From assembly GCA_904063045.1 (NCBI GenBank), contig CAJFCJ010000007.1, positions 2,797,404 through 2,861,403 of the forward strand: a stretch of DNA of 64,000 bases, in the 5' to 3' direction. Shown here piece by piece: positions 12,578 to 25,230 of the stretch (position 1 is the stretch's first letter; each line of letters starts with the position of its first letter). The position numbers and the translations under genes are program-made. The notes under the pieces are model-generated. The model saw nothing but the letters and a program-made list of their open reading frames with translations, was not told the origin of the DNA and ran no database searches. Source of the DNA: Dimorphilus gyrociliatus. Lineage: Eukaryota > Animalia > Annelida.

Positions 12578-13095
12578 TCACAACCTTTTTCGTTCGGTTA
12601 ACACTCTTAAAATGGACCCGCATCCACCAATACTGTATATTTTGTCATGCCAAATTAACAAATGATAGCTACTGTTTTCCACAGGAGATTCAAACCCCTT
12701 GTATACATATTTTAATAGCAAATCCAGTTGACCCTGGTTCAACGATTTTAACGCCTGTTCAACTGCGCTTGTCTTGAATGACATCATGACCTCTACTATC
12801 AACTGCGTGCAGGCGTCTAGCAGTGACTGATTTTTCGATCCAATGGGTGCATTGTCTAGCACGTAAGCTAGAGCTTCGGCATTCTTGGTACTGCATTTTG
12901 AAGCTAGTTGTTAATAAATGTTATACAATACCCCTTCATAATTAAAACCTACGATTGCAAAAGGTTATGAACTTCCGCTTTGTCGGGACTTTTTTCAATA
13001 GGCGCTTCAGCATTTTCATCTTCTTCATACCTATCTTCGTCATATTCGTCAACATCGACATTACGAAATTTACTTTCAAACGTTTTAGCTGACAT
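12578..13095 (-). CDS. ARPC5: Arp2/3 complex subunit 5 (p16-Arc)
   Basis: Exons 12953-13095 and 12578-12890. Motifs FRNVDVDEYDED, LLLKYVYKGFESP, GSILRVLTERK. Confidence 0.95.
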
Positions 13096-14221
13096 ACTTC
13101 GGTCTTCCCTCAGGCGTATAGGAGATTACACAGCTACAAACAATTATATAGGCCCATTTACTTCCGTGTTTATCCATCGTTTTCGTATAAGTTAGAAAGT
13201 CGAAAAACTTCAATAAATGTGTAACACTATACAATTTTCTAGCTTGAGGCTCAGTTTCTTTTCCGACGTCTAAAAATTCTTTTAATTCTATACGAATGTG
13301 ATCTCAGGTTAAGAAAGGACAAAGTATTTAGTTATTTTCGGATTCCGAATTACAAAAAAGAAGAAAAAAGAGAAAAATAGGCCACCAATAATAGCTTATA
13401 CAAAGCTAATATGTTAACCAATTAAATAAAATAGCACCACTGTCTAATTGTAGACCGGACGGACCCATCGTTTAGTCTCCTAGGGGGCATATTCGGCAGT
13501 TTTTCACGACTTTTATCGAAGGAAAAAAATCGAAGTTAATTAACGGGTCGACTCTTGTGATCTCCGCCTAACTGAAGTTAATACTCTGTCCTTTAATTTT
13601 CCGACTTCTAGAAAAGTGCGGCCCCGTAGGCGTCTGAAAATTTTTTGACTTCTTATCTGCTGTAAGGTTTTAGCTAAACAAGGAGAACGTAAGATAAGAT
13701 CGGCGAGAAGGAATAAAGATCTGTAGAGGTATGAGATTCGTGTTTAGATAGACGTTGACGGCGGTCAGTTCAAAAACCAGTAAAATATGTGGATATAAGG
13801 AAAGGTCACGTGACAAGGAGCATATACCACTGAGATAATTCCCTACAAAATGACAAGACTTTGCCAGAGGGGACGTACAGCTGACTGTCGTATGTCATAC
13901 CACTACGAATTATATAAACAAACGCACACGTATGAGTATGTTAACTATGGGAGACATCACGTCTAATAGAAACACAGAGGGTGGGTGACGAGAAATGGAG
14001 GGGGTGATGCTCAAGAACAAAGATGAAAGCGGTAAGTTTAAAGGCGTCTGGTGAAATGTATTTCCTTACTCGTTCTATTTCTATTTCTCTCTCTATCACT
14101 CTCTACCTTTTTAACCCCCGTCAGTTGGTCCCCTCCCCTCTAGCTCGTTCGTGATTGGCTAATAGCTCCACGCTCCGTCCCACGTCCAACGCACTCGATT
14201 CGCGTGACTCGCGCAAGCAAC

Positions 14222-15556
14222 ATGTTCAAGACTAAGAAGGAATGCTCCGTCTCAAAGAAGAGCAACAAGCCTCTTATGGAGAAAAAGAGAAGAGCTCGTA
14301 TCAACGAATGCTTATCGCAATTAAAATTGCTAGTTCTGCATGCTATGAAAAAAGAGGTAACGTTAATTGTTTATATCAATAAAAATAGTCTTTAAGAAGT
14401 ACTTTGTCTCAAGTGTGTCTTGATCAAGCGGATTAAAAGGCGTTTGATCAGACTATAAGCCGTCGTTTGACGCCTCTAATTAGTGCTACTCGTGTGCGTG
14501 ATTTGGGCTGTACGAGTGGACGACCAGCGGATTTTTGCCCTTTCATCATTCTAGTTTGCACTTTCTCTTTCATTTCATTAGAAAGAGATAGATTAAAATA
14601 AAAGGCAGACAATGTTAAAAGATAAAAGAACTCTTACTTTGTTTACATAAATTATATTGCGGCATATACAAACACAGGGTAACGGACTCTACTCGAAACT
14701 CGAAAAAGCCGACATCCTCGAATTGACCGTTAAATACCTTCGCCAACAACGACGTCAACAAATATTTGGTGAGACTCTCTTTAAATCTCATTTTGTTTTC
14801 CTTCTCTTCTTTCTTTTAATTTAAAGTAAAATATTCCCACGTTCAAAATGGAAACGGCACTAATAGCTCATCATTGCCCCGAGCTGTCCCGGGCTACGAG
14901 AGTAGGCGTCAAGAAAAATGCGCGACGTCATTAGTCCGGAGTTATAAATCTATTTTGAATAAGAATGTTTATTGCATCGCATTGCTTCGAATCAGTGCAC
15001 CATCTTGTCGTGCTATTCTAAATGCTATTTTTGCCCTACAGCCTCCGCCTCCTCCAATCCAACTGTACTTAGTAAATATATTGCCGGCTATAATGAGTGT
15101 GCAAGTGAAGTGCAAAAGTTTCTGGCCGGAGTTGAAAATGTTGACATTGATACAAGAACGAAATTACTTAATCACCTTTTCAACGCCGCTAATAATATGA
15201 CGGAGGTTTCTTCCCCACCGCCAGTTCAGACGAAGGTCGTTCAAGTTCAGCGTAATGATATGCATCCGGCGTTCGTCAATCAACCTACATCCAACATGTA
15301 TAACGTCGTGTCGGGTATGCTTCCATCCGGACAAATTACAACTTTTTTACTTCCGGTCGGATCCTCTAAGGCGGTCTCAGAAAGTCATGAAAACCGAAGC
15401 GTAAACTGTACACCGCCGTCTTCCGCTTCCTCATCCGACTGCGAATGTGAAGACAGCGATGACAGCGAGAAAGAGAATATGCCAATTGTTGACGAGAACA
15501 ACAATAAAATAGTTAATGAAATTGAAAGACCTGAAGAAATGTGGCGACCCTGGTAG
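14222..15556 (+). CDS. HES: Hairy/Enhancer-of-split bHLH-Orange repressor with C-terminal WRPW
   Basis: Exons 14222-14357, 14678-14768 and 15042-15556. Basic region [16 protein letters not shown], helix 2 [12 protein letters not shown], Orange domain [12 protein letters not shown], terminal WRPW then stop. Confidence 0.95.
14834..14841 (-). promoter_or_regulatory. Su(H)/RBPJ high-affinity site CGTGGGAA in HES intron 2
   Basis: Exact consensus match (plus strand TTCCCACG). Confidence 0.5.
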
Positions 15557-15777
15557 TCGAATATCTTACTTTCGCTGCTTCTATATATGACTGATTTATC
15601 TTGTATCTTTTTCTGTACAAACTCATATTATCCACATGTGCATATCTCTTCTAAGAATCCCTCGAAAATATCTTCCGTATAGACTGCAGATAAATGTTTT
15701 TTTTTCTATATGATGTCAGCTGATAACTTTGGAGAAAAATAATAAAAGTACTCAATAAAAAAAATGTTCTTTTTTGG

Positions 15778-15791
15778 CAAAATAGTCTTCC
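15778..15791 (+). promoter_or_regulatory. GY-box (miR-7 site) downstream of the HES stop codon
   Basis: AGTCTTCC is complementary to miR-7 nt 2-9, and CAAAAT is complementary to nt 14-19. Confidence 0.5.
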
Positions 15792-18261
15792 GTCTTCTGT
15801 AAAAAGAATGACTTTTGTTCTTTATGGAAATGAGGCGCAAATCATGAAAATAGACTCGTGTGTGGTCAATGGTGAAAAATATTCCAAACGCGTGCATCTT
15901 TCCGCATTCAAATTTCTACTTCTTTTTGAATAAACTGGCAGGCTATTGTGAAGACAGGAAGTTTCTATTATACGTATATTGGCTACGGGCCTAAATTTTG
16001 GCGCAAGGTCGAAGCGCGTCGCTCGCACGACACAACCGTTATTTTAGGCCTAATTTTTGTCCGTTTTTTTCCCTTTTTATTGAATTGAATTGAATGAATA
16101 TAGTAGGAAATAAAATAAAAGGAAATAGAAAGACTGTAAAAATGAACATGAATAGGATTCAAAGGATGAGAAAAAATACATAGAAATAAAAGCTTATCGC
16201 ACTTGCACTTACGGTTTGTTTCATATCTACAAAAAGAGAAATTAGAAGGTTGTGATATTCTTCCTTTACAATGGAATGTAATTAAGCGATTAAATGGAAA
16301 AGAAAGTATGTAATTAAAATGTTTCTTTCATAATTTATAGAGCGTTACCGAGCAACAGTTCGATTGTATTAGAATGTCGTTAGACGCTTCGTTCGCCTTC
16401 ATCAAAAGACGGAGTTTTTAATTGCTAAACTAGCGTCTACAGGAATTCGCCTAAGCGTATGTTTTACGTATGCTACGAATTATTGTTATTGGCTAATTAC
16501 CGCCGGCTATTGCTTCTTACAAGGCGGTCCGAATAGCTCAAGGCATATGTGTATATTTATATTGATATGAATTGTATATATGGGGATTTATAGAAACTAT
16601 GTCTGTTATTAAGACGTGAAGAAGTCGTCAAGAATACCTCCGAGGTCAGTGCAAACATTCACGTATATACTGCGCTTTTTTTCCTCGTCAAGTGTACTAG
16701 AGTTTCATTGAAATTGCATACCGAAACATATGAGATCCTATTCGATTAGGGCGGCGCATTCCAAGCTCGTGTGAAAGTTGACGCGTCCAGGTTTGTAAAC
16801 AATCGATTGCGCAACTTGCAAAATGAGGATGGTTCAGTGGATTACGTATGCAAATTACAGGCGGAAATCGCGGTATGTGTGTGGCTCTAAGCGTTGATGA
16901 GTTGCTGACAGATAAAGAAGAGACTGGGACGGAACATGCGGGCCAATCGAATCTTCGAAAATTCATGCTTAACTTGATTTTTGCGTGAGAAAGTAATACA
17001 AAGTCGGAAGAATGCGGTATGAAAAGAAATTTTTGAATCGATTCGTAAAATTCAGTTAGTATAAGCTTACTAACATTCAATCCGGTACTCGTGTAGGGTT
17101 GGGCAAAGAGGGCATATTTTCCCGAACAAATTACATATTGAGGTTGGCCCGTTAAAAATATGCGCTATACAACGGGCCAAGTTCGGTCCAAGATCAAAGC
17201 AGAGACCCTGCTACCGCCTCCGGCTGTTTAGGCCTATTGACTCCCGACAAAAGCCACTAGATGAAGCCAATCAGCGCTCGTGCACTTTCACTTGTTAATT
17301 AACACGGGATTTATTTTTTTTTCTTTCTACTATAGCGCACCCTCCTTTAGATGAGAGGTCTATTTATATATTTATGGACTCTTCTTCACTCCACAAGAGA
17401 TCCTCTTCAGCATCATCATAAATCTCGGTGTTGGAAATAAAGAAAAAAACAACAGTCGAGTGATATTTATAGAACTAATGTCAATTTTCGTCGTTTATTT
17501 TACTTGTGTGGGGGATAAAAATAAAAACTAAAAGACAAGAATAGGGATGAATAACTAGTGTTGATCCTTGGGTGGTAAAGCAAGGGTCAAAGGGTACCGG
17601 TAAGTAGGTAAAGAGATCAAAGTTAGCATCATCCTGCTTAGACGTCATCGAAACCGTTGTCGCTGTCTTCTATCAAAATTTGGACTCCTCCCTATTACAG
17701 CGAAAATACCTTGCGATCACAAGCTGAAAATCAAATTTGTAAGAGAGGTGATAAGTCGCGTGAGAACAGGTCGGCATTTTTATAGTGAAGACAGGAAGCG
17801 CAGCCGCTCCCGGAGGATCGCCGAAACGGATCGCTACTGTTTACTGACCATTGTTGGTTCATTCCTTAAAATGTTTTCGAAACAACTTTCACGAGTAGGA
17901 TAAGCATTCCAAAATTCCAATAGTTTATTTTGTGCTAAAAGGAATAGCTAATTAACAGTTTCGAGTGTATATAGCTTTCAAGGAAATAAGAATAAAAAGC
18001 AAAGGGAAAAAGCGAAACTGTGGGAAAGTGAAGTGATGCGAATGTGCTTCGAATCAAAGGCCTAATTTAGAAGGACACCGGCAGCAGCCTTTTCACAATA
18101 CTTTTTTAACGCTATAACCCAGCACGATATGACAGATAGCACAATTCAACAACTACTGACCGATCACGCACGTGTTCCTTTCTTGTTTAATAATGCGATA
18201 GATGGCGGGATGTTAAGGTTATGAGTTTAGATGTAGTCTGCCATTTAAATTTCTTTTTCAA

Positions 18262-18277
18262 ACACTAGATGGCTCTA
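18262..18277 (+). promoter_or_regulatory. CTCF-like motif ACACTAGATGGCTCTA
   Basis: 14/16 match to CCACTAGATGGCGCTA, just upstream of OGFOD3. Confidence 0.4.
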
Positions 18278-18347
18278 GCACGAGAACTTCATCAAAATGC
18301 TCGTTTATGAGTTAGCATTCCTAAGTGACGTGTATTAAGTTTGTGTT

Positions 18348-19711
18348 ATGTCGACAAAAAAAAGGAAGCCGGTTTCTAAAATTAATAGCGGTGAAAGCTC
18401 CCAAGAGTCTAATCCGCAGAGGTATACAAATTCTCCGCATTATATCTTTTAAAGCACACAGCCGTTGACGCATAAAGCATCTACTGAACAAATAATAGGA
18501 CTAATACAACATTTACTTAGGTGGCTCGTATTAAAGTTACATTTAAATATATTATAACAGCAAAGAAAGAGTGAAACCCGCACCCCCTGTTATTTCGTAC
18601 AGAAGAATAATAATAAGAACTGTTCTTATCGTTGGTTCCCTGATATTAATCAGATATTATACAGAAAAAGATGGATTCGAATCCTTTGCTCCAAACACGC
18701 GTCAGTCACGAAAACTAGTAGCTGATATTCCTTGTTCGAAAGATTATGATGATGATAGAAAAGTATTTACAGGTAGTATAGAATTATAATAAAATTTAGC
18801 TTATTAGATTTGTCTTTACTGATGAAACTAAAATGATACAGAGTGTGCACCCAAAAAGTGTGGTAGGATTGTCATGGATAATGTTGTCTCTGAAGAGGAA
18901 GCTAAAAATATGCTAAAGTATGTATATATAGAATTTCTTATCAAATACTATGTTGACAAAAAGTTATTTTCAGAATTGCACAGAGAGGTTTACTTCGAGG
19001 AGGATCATCCGGAGGAGTATGTTTACAGTAATAACAATTTATAAGTAATGATATATTTAAAATTTTTTCCAGGCCTCAATTTTAGATTTGCATTCCGGAG
19101 CCTTGTCTCAAGGAGAACAATTTGTAAACATATACAAGTTAGTTGATCTAATTTTGGGATGAATATTAAGATAATATTTCAAAAGGTTAATGGAACGTGA
19201 AAAAATTCTGACGGAAGACGACTTTAAAATCTATACCAATGTGAAGAACAAGATTAGAAATGCTATAGCTCAGCATTTTGAAATTCCAGTTTCGTCTCTT
19301 TATCTAACAAAACCTACTTTTTTCTCGAGAATGATTGATCGGCCTGCTAAAACTATTCATGACGAGTATTGGCATCCTCACGTTGATAAGAAGACTTATG
19401 GAAGCTTCCATTATACGTCTCTTTTATATTTATCAACCTATGAGAAAAATTTTAAAGGTGGTCGTTTCGTTTTTATCGACAAACAAGTTAATAGAACTGT
19501 AGAACCCTTGATGGGTAAGTGAATTTATAAAACCTATATCCTTACAACAATAATAGCTAAATTTACCCTATAAACAGGAAGACTTTCTTTCTTTACATCT
19601 GGTGCAGAGAACGTACATTTTGTGGAAAAAGTAACGGAGGGAACCCGATATGCTGTGACAGTTTCATTCACTTGTGACCCATCTCAAGCAATAAGTGATC
19701 CTAAATTGTAA
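18348..19711 (+). CDS. OGFOD3: 2-oxoglutarate/Fe-dependent oxygenase domain-containing protein 3
   Basis: N-terminal TM segment, then CAPKKCGR, ASILDLHSGALS, LTKPTFFSR, HDEYWHPHVDK, FFTSGAEN. Multi-exon; stop at 19709-19711. Confidence 0.93.
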
Positions 19712-19794
19712 TTATTGTTAAGACAAAATTAGCATAAATTTTCCAAATGTAATCGTTGTTAAATAAAAAACTAAAAGGAAACTAAAGAAAATTG

Positions 19795-20313
19795 TTATCG
19801 AGATTCATTTATCTCACTTTGAGAAGTTTCGTTCAGTAATTTGTACATACGTACATCCAAATCGATTTCCTTACTAAATATAGAAAAGAGGTTGACGGCC
19901 GCATCATCATTATCATTTTTTAGATCTTCTTGATATTTTTCCATAGTTCCAAGTAAACAATTGACGTATGATAATTCACCTCTAGTATAGTTGTCTAATT
20001 CTGTTGCAACTTCTTTCATATCATCCAGAACTTTATGAGAATACGCCATATTTTTCATTTCGTGAATTAATTCGTTGTTGGTCTTTTGCTTTTCTTTTAT
20101 AAGATGATCTATATTTTCTACTTCACTTTTTAATCCCTCATTGAGCTTTTTAGTAGACTCCAATTCAGCCTTTAAGAGATCTGTTTTTGATAAATTGGAC
20201 GATAGATTTGATATTAGATTTTCATTCATATCCTTAATTCTTCTATTTTCTCTATTAGCCATCGCAAAAGCTTCTTGTAGCTCAACGATACTTTGTTTCA
20301 GAGTATTATCCAT
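19795..20313 (-). CDS. Single-exon orphan coiled-coil protein, 172 aa, with weak resemblance to an intermediate-filament rod end
   Basis: 519-nt open frame in AT-rich DNA with heptad-like L/I/E/K composition. A possible splice acceptor lies at 20371, so the true start could be further upstream. Confidence 0.55.
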   Translation of the reverse strand: MDNTLKQSIVELQEAFAMANRENRRIKDMNENLISNLSSNLSKTDLLKAELESTKKLNEGLKSEVENIDHLIKEKQKTNNELIHEMKNMAYSHKVLDDMKEVATELDNYTRGELSYVNCLLGTMEKYQEDLKNDNDDAAVNLFSIFSKEIDLDVRMYKLLNETSQSEINESR

Positions 20314-20536
20314 ATTTTTGTCTACTATTGCAGTATTATTTAAATTATTTACTTGAAGAATCGAAATGTTCTAGAACGTGTATTTTATCGAAAATTCCGC
20401 TAATTATGGATATCGTGTTTTAAAGAATGAGCAGAACGCATTTTCGTTTAAGCGGCCAAAACACAAAATATTTCAGTTTATTGTTTTTAGATAAATAGTA
20501 AAAACAATCTAAAACACTTTGATAAGATTAAGAAAG

Positions 20537-23500
20537 ATGGAAATTTTAGAATTAAATCGTAAAAATAATGGGGTAATGTGGCATCGGAAGGCAATTCCAA
20601 CTAAAGATGAAGGGTAAGCGTTATCGAGCGATAATACAACTACCGTCGACTACAAGTTTAGACTAGTTATAAAAGCCTTAATAATCTTTTCCTTTGTAAT
20701 AGATTGGTTCTTACCGTCACATCATATCAAGAAGCATCGAAAGAAGAGAGTAAAAGGCCTATTCGTTTGCAATGTATCGCCTTTCATGCAATTGTTGATG
20801 AATTTCTGGCGTCTGATCACCAAGGCAACATTTATCATTTTGATATTTACAGGAATAGGTATAAGCTGTTAAAAAAATGTGGCAAACCTTGTACAGCTAT
20901 AGCATATTGCTTACATCGAAAGAGTGAATATTTAGTAGCTTTATCAGATTCTTCTCTAAACTGTTTTGACGCCGGTAAAATCTAGCTAATGGTCAAAAAA
21001 TTTTATATTTATTTAATGAGAAGGTCACTTTTACCCTTAGGGACTTCCGAATTAATTGCTGTAATGAAAGCCCACGAATCTCCTGTAACATCTATATCTG
21101 TTCATTCATCTGGTCGTTATGCTATTACGTCAGCTTCAGATACAGCACATCTATGGGATCTTAATACCTTCGAGAGAGTAAAAAAGCTTAATATAAAAGA
21201 AGATATAGGATTATCACAAGTATAATAATTATCATTGTTATATTTTCTCTTCTTATTTGAAAGAAACTTATTTCCCTTCAGGCTTTTTTCATACCAACAA
21301 GTAATCTAATTATAACTTGCTTTAAAGACGATTCAATATTCGCCTGGGAAACATCAACTCTGATTTGTAAATATCATTTACACAAGCCTGACAATGTAAA
21401 ATCTCCCATTTTTAAAACGTTTGCTGTGTCAAGGTACCGACCCTATAAATGCTAAAGAGCTGACTTTCTCACGTGATTTGATTTTTTTAACAGAGATGGT
21501 CGATATTTAACCGCAGGAGGTAGATCAAAATATTTATATTTGTGGAATCTAGAGTCTCAGAATCTGATGCCTTTAATTGAGTTACCGAAAAAAATTACGT
21601 CAGTTAAACGCTTGCAATATTTACCGAATAACTTTGAATTTGACGTTGATAATGTATTAAAATTTAATTTACTTTGCTAATACTATTATTAAACAATGGA
21701 ATCCCTACAGATAGTAGGAATATTATCTTCCGATGGAATAATGCGTTTTGTCAACTTGTCAAGCTGTAAGCATCTTTTCGATATTGGTACTCCCGAGAGA
21801 AAATTGGAAAAGGTTGAAGTAAGCCGGTCGGGTCATTTTGCATGTGCAATCGGAGAATCTGGCCACTTGTATATCTTTGATTTGAAGGCTGCTGCGCGCA
21901 ATTTACACAGAGTATATTGTCTTTCTGTTTTATTTAATGTTTTTAAGTATGTTTAAGATGTTATTTCATTGTCAGGCGCCACCACCTGTTGTTAAAATAT
22001 TAGATAAGGATAAAAATAGAAATTCGAATGCATCAAAAGTAAATAAAGAAGAGTTGGAGGTATACTTGTTTCCTCTATGAGATTTTTATCGATTATTATA
22101 TTTCATACATTTTAAACAGGGCGATAAAAGCGATGGGTTAAGTATTCTTAGATTAAAGCGAATTTTACAACACTACGGTGAATATCCGGCAAAATACAGG
22201 TGCTAAATGTCGAATTATAGAAAAAAAAACAAAAAGAAGCTTTAAATAGAAAAAAAAATATACATAGAAAATTTTTTTTTTTTGCAGGGTTTTCATTTGG
22301 CGGCAGCTTTTGAAGTTACCTGAGAATCATGAAGCTTACTCTAGCTTAATTACAAAGGGCATTCACCCATCCTATAATAATTTACATGAAAAAATACCAC
22401 TAAAAAGTAGAAAGTTATTAAGAATTTTGCAAAAGTTTGTCATTTGTTATACAATACGTGATTTAATTCTAATCTTATTAAGGGATTATTTAGGCTTTTA
22501 GGGAATGCATTAATATAGATGATAAAATTTTTACAAAATTAACTTTTTTTCTTATAGATTATTGTGTGCACTTGCTAACTGGTCACCAATCTTTGGGGAA
22601 ACTGACTATCTTCCAACATTGGTTTTCCCATTCGTGAAACTTTTCCAAAATAATCAACTGTTTCTCTTTGAAATAGTAGCAACGGTTTTAAGTAAGTCAT
22701 CACTTAAATCCTTAAAGTACATGGAATAACATTCGAAAACACTTGTCTTTGATTGAAGCTTCGTGGTGTCAGCATTGGTTTGAGTATTTTCCAAACCCTC
22801 CCATCAATATACTGGGGACTATTGAGAATATACTGGCTTATCATGACAAAGGTCTTTTAAGCCATCTTATAAAACATGGAATAACTACTCAGGTTTACCT
22901 CAATCACTAAATTTCCCAATTTAAATGACTAACATAGCGTTAATTACAGGTTTACGCCTGGCCTGTATTGCAGACACTGTTCTCGGAAGTATTAACTCGG
23001 GAGGAATGGCTCAGACTTTTTGATCATGTATTTAGCAACAATCCGAATTTCTTGCTCATGACAGTACCCGCTTACTGCACGATATCTCGTTCTGCCCTCC
23101 TCAAAATAACAGAATTTGAGGATTTCGAGGTAATTGTCTGTGAAATGTTAAAGTAATCCATCAACATCACCCTCATTAAAAATATATCATTTATTCACAT
23201 CAGTTCTTCTTCCACAATCGAAATGCCATATCAATATCTTCCCTTATTAAGGAAGTATATCGATTAATGGACATTACACCGGACGATGTACATCCAAAGG
23301 CTTTTGTTGAAGAATTCGAGCCTCTACTTCAGATACAGTATCCGGTGTTTAATAAGTATCCTAAGTTCATTGTTGATTACCAAGCGAAAGAAAGAGAAAG
23401 GATTTTAAGGTTGGGCGAAAAAAGTGCACTTTTAATGTTAATCACGTACATTTATATAATCTTATTTGATAAAGTGAGGAGAAAGAAATCGCTCGCCAAC

Positions 23501-25230
23501 GAAAAGCTGCATTTTCTCTACGCAATCAAGTAGAGAAGCAAAGGGTAGAGCACGAGTCATGGCTAAGGCAGCAACAACATTTGTTCGAAGCAGAAGAAAA
23601 GAGGCGATCATTACTTAACACGGAAGAAAAGAAGCTAGCGGAGCAGAGAACACGCTTGGCTGCTTTACAAAGAGAAATTAAGATGTCCGAGGTATTTTGT
23701 CACACTTTAACAAGCACTTAGTCTGCAACAAACAATTAAAAATTAAACCAGATGGCGGCTTTGGATGCTACAAGACGAAAGGCTCTCGCCTTACAACAAC
23801 AAGAAAAAGAAGCTCAAATAGCCAGACTGGATGATGAACTCAGAAGGACCGCTTTACGACGAGAAACAGAAACTGTTGCAGCATGTGACGAAGCCGAAAT
23901 TAAACGCCTAGAGCTAGAGTTACAAAGAGCAACTCTGGAGCATGTAACGTTTTCCCTCTTAAAACATTTCTTTCTCTCAATACAGAGATAACCTTTCGAC
24001 CTTTTCAATCTCTTTCCCAGGATTTGTACAGACAATCATCCCGGTTCGATCAAGATTTTCGCGAAGCCGAAGAAGCCGCGAAGCGATTAGGCGACGTACG
24101 ATCTGAAGCCTTAGCCGATGGTTTCGAATATCTAACTATCGACAAACAAGTAAGCAAAGTAATTCTTTTATATATCTAAGCAATCCATTAAATCTCATAT
24201 TTACTCAAGGAGCAACAAAGAGATTTGGCGAACGCTCAATTGAAGAAAGGGAATGAAGATCGTAGAAATAAAATCAATAACGTAATGAATGCTTTTAACG
24301 ATCACGAAATAACACAAGCGACCAAAGTACGTACCTCTGTTTTGTTTCAAAACATAAAAAAAGACATTTAAAAACCTTTTAAAGTCAATTTTACAAACAC
24401 CATTTGTGGATTTTGACCTATTAATCTCTTTGTCCGTAATTGACCATGATAGTCATCCTTAAGGGTTATTTTCTTAATAATACCTCTAGTACAAATTTCA
24501 GAGAATCTTAAGGATGAATAAGAGTTGTAATTGCTAACGAAATTTTTACATTAATCAGGTTGCTAAGCTCAAAGAAACCAATGAAAGACTGGAAAAACAG
24601 GTGACTGAACTAAGTAAAAAACTTCAAATGCAAAATGTAAGATATGTTTGCTCTTGGTTAAGTCATAATACAATCCACATATTTTTCTTCAGAGGACAAA
24701 TTACGCACTAGAAAGAGCTATTAGAGAGAGAGTAGTAGACGAAAATCCCCAGGGTTTGAAATTACATTAGGTTGTGAAAAAATCTTATGCACATTAGATA
24801 TTTATTTTCCTTAGATGATACAGCAGACGAGGATGAAACTAGCAAGTGGGGCACGCAATATTCTCAGTCAATTGGCATCCGTCAAGAACCCCTGAATGCC
24901 GAGTCAGATAAACCTTTAGTCGGTCATGTCACGAAACTTCCGGCTCATAGGAAATATTTGAATGATTCAGACTGTGAAAATAATTCCGTCCAATGTTGGT
25001 TTTAGAATCATTAATGTCAAAATAATGACTAATTTTGATTCTTTTTTTTTTGGAACATTAATTACTATTTATTTTGCTTTACAGTTTCCGTTAGTTCATC
25101 TCGAGAAGGGCGTGAACAATTAGAAGAGAATGAACGAGAAATGATGACTCAAGTACGCAATTTAAGACTACGCCTATTGGAAGAATGCTCGAAGAAACCC
25201 CCAACTCAGGTTGACGTTGGCGCTTATTGA
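20537..25230 (+). CDS. TBC1D31: TBC1 domain family member 31 (WDR67): WD40, TBC and coiled-coil
   Basis: WHRK, DHQGNIYHFD, RKSEYLVALSD, HESPVTSISVH, YGEYPAKYR, WQLLKLPEN, WFEYFPNPP. About 20 exons with short GT-AG introns. Confidence 0.92.

Noticed and set aside
16697-17080. 127-aa minus-strand ORF downstream of HES
   Set aside because: No domain similarity or splice support; it overlaps the motif-dense regulatory region, so a chance ORF in higher-GC DNA is more likely.
14810-18045. Su(H) paired site (SPS)
   Set aside because: Checked 15-17 bp from each Su(H) site; no inverted partner was found.
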